Shown: positions 14,050-26,604, counted from the first letter of the whole stretch. The stretch is DNA of 63,768 nt, filler included, from Choristocarpus tenellus KU-1152 (GCA_964200185.2; 10 parts of 10 records of this genome joined end to end with filler, not necessarily neighbours in it); one strand, 5' to 3'. The notes: generated by a model from the sequence alone, not told the origin. Numbers and translations: made by a program.

Positions 14050-14604
14050 TACATGGCACATGGTACATGGTATGTGGTACATGATACATAGTACATGGTA
14101 TGTGGTACATGGTACATATTACATGTATGTGGTACATGGTACATAGTACATGGTACATGGTACATAGTACATGGCACATGGTACATGGTACATAGTACAT
14201 GGTACATAGTATGTGGTACATGGTACATGGTATGTGGTACATGGTACATAGTACATGGTATGTGGTATGTGGTACATGGTACATGGTACATGGTATATAG
14301 TACATGGTATGTAGTACGTGGTACGTGGTACATGGTACATGGTACATGGTATGTGGTATGTGGTACGTGGTACATGGTACATGGTACATTGTATGTGGTA
14401 CATGGTACATGGTATGTGGTACATGGTACATGGTACATGGTACATGGTATGTGGTACATGGTACATAGTACATGGTATGTGGTACATGGTACATGATATG
14501 TGGTACACGGTATATGGTATGTGGTACATTGTATGTGGTACATGGTACATAGTACATGGTATGTGGTACTTGGTATGTGGTATGTGGTACATGGTATGTG
14601 GTAC
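14050..14604. repeat. 7-bp satellite (CATGGTA / TGTGGTA / CATAGTA variants) running into the contig end
   Basis: Visible 7-nt period; it explains the spurious repetitive ORFs in this interval. Confidence 0.95.
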
Positions 14605-14704
14605 NNNNNNNNNNNNNNNNNNNNNNNNNNNNNNNNNNNNNNNNNNNNTTAATTAATTAANNNNNNNNNNNNNNNNNNNNNNNNNNNNNNNNNNNNNNNN
14701 NNNN
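14605..14704. other. Artificial contig-joining spacer (first of nine)
   Basis: Identical 44N-TTAATTAATTAA-44N blocks occur at 14605, 23020, 25824, 29201, 36953, 42667, 53664, 57092 and 60029. The linker has stops in all six frames, and genes are truncated at these points. Confidence 0.97.
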
Positions 14705-14919
14705 CCAAGCCCCACAAATGGACAAACAAGGGAAACATTCGTACCCTCTAAGATAGTTTCACTCAGGTTCGTTCATACACTCAAGATGCAATTTACAGAT
14801 TACATCATTTGAGAGAACCCAATACTTCAACATGGTCCTCTTCTCTTCCACTTGTTCACCTCACCCCTCTATTCAAATCGCATTGTACCTTTTGCTTTTC
14901 TTGTGTGGGGGGTGTCAAG

Positions 14920-15737
14920 ATCTTGGGAGGCATGGAGGATGATGATCTGGCTGATCTGCTACTTGCATGGTACTACAGGTCAGTTATCAAATTTGTGTCC
15001 ATGCCAAAAAGAGATGTTGAGTTCATGGGGAATGTCTTGTCATTGATTGATAGGCAATGCACGTGATGGGATAGCATGTGTGCTTTCCTACCTTGGCCTC
15101 CATTAATGCAATCATAACTGAAAAAATGCCAAGATAATGGACCACTAGTGTGAAAAAGCACCACCTGAGAATAGGTTATAAATTAAAAAATGGTGTCTGG
15201 CTGAATGCTGTATGCTTGAAAAATGTAAGTTATGTTGCACAAACCAGTACATCAGTACCAGTGGAGTCAAGTCAAAATCAAACACAACAAGGGTGCTTTG
15301 CTATGAGCACTCTAATCACCGTTGCTGCTGTGCACACCTAGGTGGGCGAAATGTACGATATCAGTCTAACAGAGGTCACTCACTGCTTGCAGACAATTCA
15401 GTCCTTAGCCAAGGTCATCCCAATATTCAAGGATACAGTACTGACAAAAGGTCATTTTCTGTCATTACATCAGTCAAAAACAGTTCCCTCATCCCATTCC
15501 TTCTGACCTCAATACCCCCCCCTTCTCAGTGGCTATTACACAGGACGCTACAAGGCCCTGCAAGAAGTGCGACAGGCCCATCACTATCACCCATCACAAT
15601 GGGACAACATGCATCGGTGTCCTCCACGACATGATCAAGTGAATCCACTACCACCTCAACGTCCAGGAGGCACAGAGCATAACCACTCAGGGTGGGGGGA
15701 AAAGGAAGAGGCAGTTCAGCAAACAGGACGAGTGTGA
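14920..15737 (+). CDS. SMN: Survival motor neuron (SMN)-like protein, last two exons (YG-box)
   Basis: Exons 14920-14978 and 15530-15737 join at phase 2 to give [28 protein letters not shown]...RV*. This matches the SMN C-terminal oligomerisation YG-box (LxxWYxxGYxTGxY). The 5' part lies off the contig. Confidence 0.85.
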
Positions 15738-16151
15738 ATGGCACTGTACTGTATTTGGTCAATGTAGCAGTAGACAAGACAAGTGTGCCTAGTTTTTCAC
15801 TATCACACTCATCAATCACCCACACACGTGGACACAACAGCCTTGACAAAGGCTATCAACCTCTTTATAAATGTAGTGCTTAAAAAGTACCAACTCACTA
15901 ATGATTTCTCTTCCAGGCTGATTTGCATGTATGTGTATTGATCTGTGGTGAAATTATGATCCACACACATCACCTTTCCCATCCTCCCCCCAAGCATGCT
16001 CTCTTTATACTTCCTTTGCCTCACCCTGTATATGGACATGATAGACACAATAGACTAGGGTTTTGTTCAATAATTATATAAGCATGGACAGGTGTTGAAC
16101 ATCCCATGTGCCTCACACTTAGTGTGCTCTAATATTCCAATCATCACTGGA

Positions 16152-19100
16152 TTATTCTGAAGCCTTGTTTATCATCCCAGTCTGGATGGCATAAGGGAAG
16201 AGGCCACCGGCCTTGATTACTGGTCCAGCATCTCCAAGAGGGTTTAGTGCGTACTCCTTGCCTGTTTTGACCGGAGCAGACATTGCAGGGGGAAAAATTG
16301 TCAAGGGTCAAATGAAATGGAATCGGGTAAAGAGGTGTATGTGCACATAGATATTCTCCACCTGAAATGCTTAGTTTGAAATACGATATAATAGTTTGAA
16401 TCAAAATACAAGTGCTTCTTTGCTCAAAAATTAGTGCACTGGGGATGCTTGTCTGTGAAGGACAGTGAATTGTTGTGAGTCATGATGAGAAGTGGATTCA
16501 GCGAAGCGACTACAAGGTGAACTAGTTGGTTTTCAAGTGCACATGTTATTTTACTTGACATCCTCATACATTTCCACTATGGAAATGGGTGAGGGAAGTG
16601 CTCTGTGCCATGGGCACCAATCATGATCTATCAACAAAATCTACAACTGCATTAAATACTGGCACTGCATTGGGTTGGAAAACATTTCCAAGCTTGCACT
16701 TCTGGTGCTTTCAGGTGTTTCACTCATTGATCTGCAGTGAATGCTCAATAATCAACGCATTTTTGTCAAAAATCAAGACCAGTCAAGATTTTCAAAAAGA
16801 GTTGGTAAGGTTTGGCACTGGAATATATATTAACATAGTCAGAGAGTGTAATACTATAGTGGTAGTGACCAATTCAATTGGGATAATGGTAAAAAATATC
16901 ATAATATTGCCATGTGCTTGACAACAATACGACATTACCAATGCAGGGGGACTTTCGACCTGTTTGATTTACTAGAAAACAATGCAATCATACACTACCA
17001 AACCCGATGGTTTCTTAATATGCGACTCATGCATTAGTATGTATGACATGGACCCCTCGTACACACATCTAACCTAGAGTAATCTCAAGCACTTTTTAAG
17101 TCTAACATCCCTATGTATGAGCTTGAGATGTATCCGGGGTCTGTATCCGAGTGAGGTCTACACCGCTCTTAGTGAGGGCAAAGCCAGTTCCCATAATGAG
17201 TACAAACATCCCTGTTGCTGGTCGAAGTATTGTCTAAGAAACACGAAATAGAATAGAAGCCTCTCATCGTGATGGGAATGTTAGACAGATATTCCCGCCT
17301 GCAACCCTCATAGACTACAGAGAGTATTAGCGTAACACCCTTCCCTACAAATTTACCTTAAAACAAAAATTACCCCGCTTGTTGGAGAGAGTTCTGTAAG
17401 TTTGATTAGTGGAATGGTGTGAGGTTGAGAGGAGATACTTGCTTGTCCTTGTACCATCCCACTAACCAACAGTTTGTAGCAGTGAATTCAAATTAGCCCA
17501 ATTTAGTGCAAGTCCCTACCCCCAATCTTCTTTTCTTTGGTTCTTCCCCCTTACCACAAATACCATACTTCAAGCAAGAATTGCTAGGATGTACCTCCTC
17601 AGCCCATTAAAAAGTTCAGTCACACAGAACCGGGCACATAAAAAGTACAAGATTACAATACCACCCTCCCCACTCCTGACCTGTACTGTGATTAACAATG
17701 GTATCCTTGTCAAGATCCACTGTGACCTCATCCCCAGTGCCAAAGAGGTCTACCAGGCGCTCCTTGCACTCGTATGGGTACAGCTGGTCCACATCCAACA
17801 CAAGATAAAAACAACCACATGGACCAAAGGAGGAAAGGGTTTGAATTGATGTGTGGGTTTGTGTGTGTGCATGACGATATTAGTTGACTTACTACACACA
17901 TTTAATCATGCTGAGACAGATAATGGAACTCGCTACCAGATAGCTGTTGTGTCAAACAATACACCAAACAAGGTAGGATACCATATATATATATATATAA
18001 CGATTGACTCCTATGTTTCCATCCAGTACCACAGGGTAAATCCCACACCATGTAAAATGTAAATTGGTTCCCACTGATAATAGTATGTGGTGTATACAGG
18101 ATGCAAGAGTGGGCAAAATATCACAGTCTGAAATAAGTCACCCTGCATTAACGTTCTCCCCCCAGGCACTGCCCTTCCGTTCAAACATTTGATGGATTCT
18201 AAACCCATAGGATAGGACCCCCCACACTTCACACAAAGCCTTGGCCAAGGATAATCAGCACAATTGTATATACACTACAGTATCAGAATGCTGCCAGATT
18301 TCAAAAAACGCGAAAAAGGCCTGGAGCTGCCCTCAATGCACCAGACTGTTGATCTATGGGGTAGGGTGATAAGAATACAGAGGATGGTGGTAAGGTCTTG
18401 AGAATCTCTACCCCACCTCGCCAGTGGCAATGCAGTTACGGAAATAGATTCGAGCGTAAGACTCTGCAACCACCACACGTGTACCAGCTGCTCCCATGGC
18501 GATTGGCGCATGCTGAGGAAAGGTAAATGAGGATGGTGTACATGCAAGTGGGGTGGGTGGGGGAGAGAGATAAATGGGTCATCGAATAGGATAACAGTGC
18601 TGAATCTCACAACCTGACTGTACTTACCAGCTTCAAGAAAAGCTGGCAACAGAGTCCGAGAAGTTATTCAACACAGGGAAGCCAAACGGCAGGTGTGGGG
18701 GGGATTGTACATGGCTTACCTCTCGTGATGATCCACAACCAAAGTTGTCGCCAGCAATGACAATTGGGTACTTGGTTTTCATTTCCCCATCAGCAACTGC
18801 GAGATACATGCAGGCAGCGGCCATGGTGATGGGGATATATACAATATTTTTGTTGCTATTTTGACTTTAAAAAAACGTGGGATTAGGGGTACAACAGCCA
18901 CACCACGTAGACAAATAAATATTTGGCACGGAGGTGGTTGGTAGGGAGATGCAACATGATCTATCTGTTGCTGTGTTCCAACTTTAAATTCTTACAACCC
19001 ATCTTCTCTTCTGTTCAAGGCACTGATTATCAAAGCAATTTTTCTGGTCTCTTACATGTCCCTCGCCCATGGGCGATTGAGACATTTGAAGGGGTACAGC

Positions 19101-20060
19101 AAGGGAGGAGTGACTGTGCGTACTGGGTGGTACTGGGACTATTTCAGACTTACCGTAACGCGTCTCGTAAACATCTGGAAGACCCACCAGTGCGTAGGAT
19201 CCCAATTTCTCGTATTCGTCAGGCTGGGGTGGGAGGGAGGAGAGGAGTGCGTCAGGTTCGATAATCGGGGTTGTCGGGATCTCTTCCATCAGAGCAGGGA
19301 TGCTAGAATACTGTGGGAGGGAACTCGATTCTCTGTGAAATAAGATGTACCTTAAGAAACGTTTGGGCAACTAAGGACATCATAAGGCGAGGGCTTCCAT
19401 TTGACACGAGAAAATGTACACAATGTTTCTGGGAGCGGCGCTGTGACCGCATAAAATATCTCACGTCCTTCGAGAGTTCTGGATCACATTACACAACGCA
19501 ACACATCGAAATGGTAGCAATAAAGAAGCGCTCCCGAAGCAAGAAGTACTGGCGTACGCCTTTAGTCCATTAACATCCCAATCCCTCTAGCGAAAAAAAC
19601 TCCCTTGACCATGCCCACCTTGGAGGGTACCAGGGTGAGGTACTCAGCAGGGATGATCTGGTCGGTATCGATGTTGTCCTTAACAACAAAGCATGTGCCG
19701 GTGTAGACACTGGGGCGATCCCGATTCTGTGGCATTTCCTTTTCCCTTGGATCAATGCCCTCAACAGTTGCGGCTTGCCGCGTTACATGCTATGGAGAAG
19801 GTCAAGTTGGGGCGACGTTGCCAACAACGCTTGGATTAGTTGAATAATCTTTGAGCGCAGCAAGACTTGAGTCTCACTTCTTTCCAAACATCGCACGGTA
19901 ATTCATCAATAACCATTCAGACCAGAGGTTCACACAATACCTTGTGGTAGCGAGTCCCGCCATTCAGACTCTTGCCCACAGAAGACCCCACGAATGCAAA
20001 GACCTCACCCGCTGTGGCCAAGGTCAAGGCGATGGACGCCACAAACGTAGCTGGTCGCAT
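16152..20060 (-). CDS. leuD: 3-isopropylmalate dehydratase (isomerase) small subunit, plastid-targeted, complete
   Basis: Seven in-frame exons: 20060-19941, 19789-19619, 19223-19154, 18796-18720, 18512-18417, 17783-17681, 16261-16152. Motifs DNIDTDQIIPAEYL, AGDNFGCGSSREHAPIA, AESYARIYFRNC and GDAGPVIKAGGLF are present. The N-terminus MRPATFVASIALTLATAGEVFA-FVG resembles a heterokont signal peptide plus ASAFAP-type Phe. Confidence 0.96.
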
Positions 20061-20315
20061 ATCTCTTTATCACGACAGCTATCCCCTGGAGTTAACCACA
20101 AGTTCTCTGTGGTAGGGGATCTAGTATGACCTGCAGTGACTTCCTATGCAGCGCTGTACCTCTTGTGGTGTGCGTGGGGCTATGGACACATATCCATATG
20201 TAGAGTTGTATGGGCATACAGGCAGACCTGTAGTGTTTTTGTGATCTTTGGACAACAAGTGAGTGTGGTTTGGACTTGGCGTTGCAGCCAACGCCGAGAG
20301 AACTATACTCGTCCT
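20061..20315. promoter_or_regulatory. Putative bidirectional promoter/5'UTR region
   Basis: Only 255 bp separate the divergent start codons at 20060 (-) and 20316 (+). The region lies in a CpG-rich zone. Confidence 0.5.
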
Positions 20316-22856
20316 ATGTCTCCCGTAGGGATACTGCGGTCTCTGTGGGTGGCGTGTGTCGTCTTTCTGTCGGCAACCATCTGCAATGCATTTGTTGTCA
20401 GGTATTGTTCAAGCACCTTGCAGACCTCGACACATGTTGATTTCTGAGCGCGTGCTCCCCTGTCTTCGATCAAAAAGGTTTACTGAGTCTATGCCACACC
20501 GTGCTGCGTACTGCGTCGAATTCCTCCATGTAATCCTAGTGCCCCTTCCTTTATTATCTACACACTTTTATGGGGGTCACTTGCCCGCCCAGAGCCTTGT
20601 GCATACACCCATTTAGCCCCCCCCATTTCACCTATCTCCATCACTGCCCGAGCACGAGCAGTCCCTCTATGACCAGTGGCTTTGGTGGGTTATGTCAAAG
20701 TTATGGAGCCACAAGAAAATGCACAATGGTCAGGCCACACACCGGAATGTCCTCTTTGAGGATGGGAGTTGAACCTGAGGATGTGAGCGGGAAGAGGTTA
20801 TGGGTCAAGTTCTCAGCCTTCGGGTTCGGGGGACGCACTTGCCAGCTAGAGCTACGGGATTCGGGGGACTGCATCTTCAGCAAGGGTATGGTGACGGTTC
20901 AGCCCGGGGCATGGCGTATTGAGGTGTGAATCTTGGAGTGTAATGCCTTGGCTCGAGGATGTCATTACCAAGACTGCCCAGGGTAGGTTTCCATTTAGTC
21001 TCTCCTGCCTGTTTATATCAGAGAATTTTGCAATAAAACTCACTACAGACTTGGTTGAAGGCTGTCGTGCGTGTCTCATACAGATCGAACCCTTCCAGCA
21101 GTCTCGGGACAAACCCCCGCCGTCTTGTCGCCTCTTATGAATACAACCCTGACTATCTCACCTACCGCGATAAGCTCCCAAGACACTGTTTCCTCTCCTG
21201 TAAACCATTACGCAGGAGGAACAAGGGCAGGATTACTTGCAGTTTACCTGCCCTCTAACGGAATTGTATAGTGAGATCTTCGACATTCCCAGCTCACTCC
21301 TTTTCTGGAGAGTGCCCATGTTGAAGGAGACGGAAGATGCCATTTCCCTGAAGGGGGGACTGATCATCAGTGAGAAAAAGGCGTGGTGAGTGTGGATCCT
21401 ACCTACAGAAGATGGCAGGAAGGTACAGAGCAGAGAATGTGGCAGGTTGGAATACTGCTTGGAATTTATTCTTCAGGCGGAGATTCAGTGCAGGTGGAAT
21501 GTGTGTGTGGGGAACAGCCGGGCATTCTCCAGCCCACTCTGTTGATACTGTCGCAGTGCATGTAACCTCTCAAGCGCTTATGATGTAGAAAACAATTGTA
21601 TATCTGCACAGGTTTGGACTCAAGACTGATTTTATTGACGAGGGAAACTTCGAGGCCCGTGTGTTGGCGGATGATGAGGAGTTCCCGGAGGAACCACCAG
21701 TCGACCTTAGCAAAATCGAAATGCCGGTAAGAACACTTGTGCAGAATGACATGTAGGCGTGAAGATAAAAGGTTGCTTTTGCAAATAGTTACTCAAGCTG
21801 CACCCCAGCTATCATCTTCCTCACGGACTGTCGACTTCTGAGTGCATGTATATAGTGCAGTAGTGTAAATATTTAGCATTTGCAGCATGAACGGGAAAAT
21901 ATACAAGCAGTAGTTTTATGCACCTTTTGTTGTCTCACCTTTGAGAGTGCAGCAGAAAACCCCTCCACACAAGGCTCTCTCATTAGGCATTTTCTACATG
22001 TGACTGTATTTAGATGTTACTGATCGTGAGTCGGTAGCTTATCTTGAATACTTGAGGTTGCCATGTGACTCATATCGCCATGAATACAATATGCCCCGCC
22101 TTTATGGGTGGTGTGTACTGATTGGGATAGTATAATCTGTCTCTTCCGATGAAAACAGATTTGATGGGCCCTTCATGTTTGCTGACAGTTGTCTCAAAAT
22201 CGTTTACGTGTTGTCAGCATTGCTTGTGATATGTTACAGTAGGTCCCTACAGTATTTGCAGTACTGTGTTAGATGTTCATGAAGAAATGATATTGTTGCA
22301 ATGGCACAATGAATTCTTACTTTGTACTTGAACGCACAAAAAGGTAACCCAATTATGGGTAGCAAAACACCTTTTTTGATTGATCATGTGCATGTCTGGG
22401 TACTGTCTCTTCCTGTGGGTATCAGGTGGAAGAAAATAATCTTCACAAAAAGAAATTGTTACTCTTTCAGATTTGGTCTCTTGATATTTTTTTTACATGT
22501 ATAATAAAGTAGTCAAGGAATTTTGTGTGTGTGTGTGTGTGTGTGCATGTGTAAGTGTAAGTGTTTCAATAACTGCTGCAAGCGATCACAAGCGTATTTT
22601 CCTGTCCCTTCCACCCCACACCACCTTGAACGAAGATACTACCTCAAACCCACAATATGTAACCCACTTGCCCCAACATGAGTTGACACGTTGCACCCAT
22701 TTTGCCAATTTCATGACTTGTACAAAAATTGTGGAGCAGAAGGGATTGACTCAAGTAAAGAAGCTAAGCTCAGGCATGTTCACCGGTAAACAGAAGGGGT
22801 CAGGGCCTCAGGTGCTGGAGCCCCCTCTTCCGGCAGATCTCATTGATATGGAGTAG
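20316..22856 (+). CDS. Hypothetical protein with bipartite plastid-targeting presequence
   Basis: Exons 20316-20401 (MSPVGILRSLWVACVVFLSATICNA-FVV), 20617-20923, 21216-21385 and 21612-21726 splice in frame (...RLWVKFSAFGFGGRTCQLELRDSGDCIFSKGMVTVQPGAWRIE|EEQGQDYLQFTCPLTELYSEIFDIPSSLLFWRVP...|FGLKTDFIDEGNFEARVL...). The end is uncertain: either read-through to TAG at 21754-21756 or a final exon at 22740-22856. Confidence 0.7.
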
Positions 22857-23668
22857 ATTTATGATGACCGGGGACGTAATGGATGTGGATGGGGTGAACA
22901 AAGGAGCAGAGCAACCCCCTCCCACCCCCTTGTCTTTTTTTTTTAACACCACCCGGAAAAAGGGGAAGTACAGTGTATTGGAGGGGGGGGGGACATGGTT
23001 GCGGTTGAGGGAGGGGTTGNNNNNNNNNNNNNNNNNNNNNNNNNNNNNNNNNNNNNNNNNNNNTTAATTAATTAANNNNNNNNNNNNNNNNNNNNNNNNN
23101 NNNNNNNNNNNNNNNNNNNGTGTACGTATAGGACTCCTGATGCACAAGTCGTCAGGTATGCTGGATCTCTCACTTGAATTAACATCAATATCATCATATA
23201 AAAAGGAACTGATCCACGATGTCTTATCACAATTGGGGACCATAATGACCAAATAATAAATAATCAAGTAGTACTAATATATCAAATCTAGAACTTCAAT
23301 GTCATAATGGTGTTTATGAAACCGCCATCAAGACATATCGCCTGTAACATGCCCCCCTAGCATGAAGCATAACTGCTTCAATGTGATAAACAGGCGATTG
23401 GACAAGGAAATATAATGTCACTCCTCATCCCATCATGAACGCAGCAGAAATGAAATGAATATCACTTTCAGGTCCTAACATATCAGTAGGCAGCGCTGGG
23501 TATCCAGCGGAGGAGGAAACCTGGAAGAAAACCCCCACCATTCCAACGTTTGCCCTGACAACAGATATGTTGGCGCGACACTCGCACCTCATGGCACTCA
23601 CTCTGCATTTGACTCAACGTTCAAAAGAAAAAATCTTACACCAGAGCCTCATACACACGTCAAAAGTA

Positions 23669-24320
23669 GGGTACTGTCTAAAAAGACTCCACCCCTTTTA
23701 AGCTAAACAAACACAAATACAGGCACAAGAACCATAGCAGCACTGGACTTGGGTACTGCCATAGACTCTCTCCCTTCAGAACTAAAATGCAGCAACGACA
23801 GGACACTAAGACCATGACTCACAGTCACAAAAGAGATTGGGTGCTGTCATGGAGAGGCTTACCCTTGCTAGGAACCATGAACATATACAAAAAAAAACAT
23901 CTTACAATAAAAAAATAAAACTAGGGAGTATCTCAGCAAGTCTCTCCCTCTTCACAACTATCAACAAAAGTAAATACAGGCATAACATTACAATAGCACT
24001 GAAATGGGGTACTGCCGTAGACTGTCCCCCTTCACAACTATAAACAAAAACTATAGGACACCAAGATCATGTCTCACAGTCACAAACAAAAATGAGGTGC
24101 TGCCAATTAAAGGCTTGCCCTACGTATGAACAAAGAACATAAAAAAAAATAAGACTCAGAAAAATAGGGAGTGTCATAGTAAGACTCTCTCCCCTTACAA
24201 ATATCGACACAAATTAATATGGATGCAAAATCACAATAGCACTGAAATAGGGTACTGCCATAAACACTTCCCCCTTCAGAACTATAAACGCAAACAATAG
24301 AAGACAAGAATCATGTCTCA
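23669..24320. repeat. Diverged ~83-bp tandem array with ~250-bp trimeric higher-order structure
   Basis: The core GGG(T/A)..CTGCC...AGACT..CCCTT recurs at about 23669, 23751, 23839, 23924, 24007, 24094, 24167 and 24250. Every third unit is most alike. Confidence 0.75.
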
Positions 24321-24556
24321 AATACAAACAAAAATGTCCAAAAGCTACATAAAATAGTAAATGTCATAACAAGGCTACTCACACTGGTTGGAATGCGAAA
24401 AGGCAGACATGCTATTCGCCTGTAACATGCCCCCCAGCGTGAACTAGGAATACATGCTTCACGCTTACCACAGGCGATTTTCACAGGTCATGACAATAAG
24501 TATCATCCATCACCTCGAATCGTGGTGTGGCAGCATGTATTAATTGCCACATGGCG

Positions 24557-24680
24557 ACATAGGGGCTCCAGTTCCGACTCTGTTCCCACTCTGCCAGTTG
24601 TTTCCAACATAGGGACTCCAGTTCCGACTCTGTTCCGACTCTGCCAGTTGTTTTCAACATGGGGACTCCAGTTCCAACTA
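24557..24680. repeat. ~50-bp tandem repeat (CATAGGGACTCCAGTTCCGACTCTGTTCC...), about 2.5 copies
   Basis: Directly visible. Confidence 0.85.
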
Positions 24681-26604
24681 AACCCGTGGATTCCAACAAT
24701 GGTTGACAGATCTCCTCGTTTCTACTAAGAATGTGGAAAGGGGACAAGTTATTGATGCGTGGACGTGATGCATACACACGTTGAGCCGTCACGACTGTAT
24801 TGAAATTCTCGCAAAGTCTGACCCTGGGCTGGAACCTCTCCGAATTACTGATTCCCAGCAGAACCTGTGAAGTAAAAGAACAGCGTGACACACACAAAAC
24901 AGATCGGGAATGTGAGTGTACAAATGGCGAGGAAGAACTACCAGGGCAACATCTGTACCATGACGACCAGAAACCACTCGTTTACGACTATAGGTGGATG
25001 ATGTGGGATTCAGAGACCACTTGTTGTACAACTATAGAAGGATGATGGTTCCCTCGGAGCCACAGATGCCATCACACCCAAGGAGACGAGGCCAAGTAGA
25101 AGGAATTCCCGTAGACAACAAAGGTGATCCAGAACCATCCAAGGAGACCGCCGAACCAGGTGCAAAGAAAAAATCCAGGCTATCGTAGGGAGCTACCAAG
25201 AATCCTAAGTGTTGGGGTGAATACTGAGTACTCTCTCCAGTTTGAAGGTAGGCGGTAGGACCTCCATGTTACAGTGCGCCCCAGAAGCTTATCTCCACAG
25301 GATGTATAGCTCCAATCTACAGGCCTATAGATGATACTGATGCATGTATAGGACTCCTGATGCACAAGTCGTCAAGTTTGCTGGATCTTTCACTTGGATT
25401 ATCATCAATATCATCGTATAAAAAGGAACTGGTCTACGATGTCTTATCACAATTGGGGACCATAATGACCAAATAATAAATAAATAGTCGAGAAGTACAA
25501 ATATATCAAATCTAGAACTTCAAGGTCATAATGGTGTTAATGAAACCGCCATCAAGACATATCGCCTGTGACATATCTGCATCAGGCACGCGTTCAAGTT
25601 CTTGAGCAGGGTTGGTGCAGATGGCTTACGGCGCAACTTCCATGTTGTTATCCTGGCACCAGTAACACTCGTCGGTGCTTGGTGCTCCGTTTCTTTGTGC
25701 CCTGGTGCAACAACACTCTTCATTGGTTTAAAGTATCTGGGGGGGGGGGGGGGTGGTGACTCTCTATTTTGGGGCCATTTTTGGCTTTTGCGGTTTTTTG
25801 GGTGTTTTGTTTGAATTGGTGGGNNNNNNNNNNNNNNNNNNNNNNNNNNNNNNNNNNNNNNNNNNNNTTAATTAATTAANNNNNNNNNNNNNNNNNNNNN
25901 NNNNNNNNNNNNNNNNNNNNNNNCAACCATCCTCGTAGTCCCGCTCCATCCCAAATTTGAAAATCCTCTGTTAACAGTGGAGTTATTGTAACTCTTGATC
26001 GACTCTGAGGGCGGCACCTACACTTTATGTAGTGAACTATGTGCTTGATAGGTATGGCTTGATGTATGGATTGGTGTGGAAAGCAATACAATTTCCTATC
26101 TCAACTCGTGTAGTTTTCTTTGCTCAGACCATTAGTTAGTAGGTGCACCCTTTCTACCACTTACAACTACCACTATTATTTGTAGTGGTGTTAGATATAG
26201 GTCACCTTTTTGGGATCTCCTGGCACTGATGAGTATAATATGCGTGGTTATAGACACTTGTGCATGCCACCTTTTGGCATTGAGGCCAACCAAAGTGAGA
26301 TGGTGTGGGTTGGACCCACGACTGGTTCGCAGTTTCCTTGACATGATCGGTGGATTCAATCCAGCAAAGTTCGAGATTGTGTTTTCGGTTCTGACTGGTC
26401 AGAACCAATCACACTGGAGATTGATTCGCGGCAGAGACTGTCAATATACGCCCAGCATGTCTCAGTCTCATCTCCCATTTCCTCTCCGAACCTCATCTCT
26501 GGTGACTCTCATCACCCTCCATCACACAGAACCAGGCCCCAGAACAGTGGTACTCTCTCCAAGCCGTGTTTGGGGAATCACCAGAGATGTAGGGCCTCGC
26601 CACA

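Larger units (their letters stand above)
23120..25575. repeat. ~230-bp direct repeats at 23120-23350 and 25345-25575
   Basis: The two segments align over their length (GTATAGGACTCCTGATGCACAAGTCGTCA...GAAACCGCCATCAAGACATATCGCCTGT). The left copy is cut by the contig start. Confidence 0.9.

Noticed and set aside
14015-14656. Long ORFs (MYHVPCT.../WYMVHGT...) on both strands
   Set aside because: These are translation artefacts of a stop-poor 7-bp satellite.
14649-14660. Recurrent TTAATTAATTAA motif as a biological element
   Set aside because: It is always embedded in identical N padding, so it is a concatenation linker.
23337-24477. Integron attC sites or hammerhead ribozymes
   Set aside because: There are no RYYYAAC/GTTRRRY paired boxes and no CUGAnGA/GAAA core. 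The hairpins are retained only as unexplained features.
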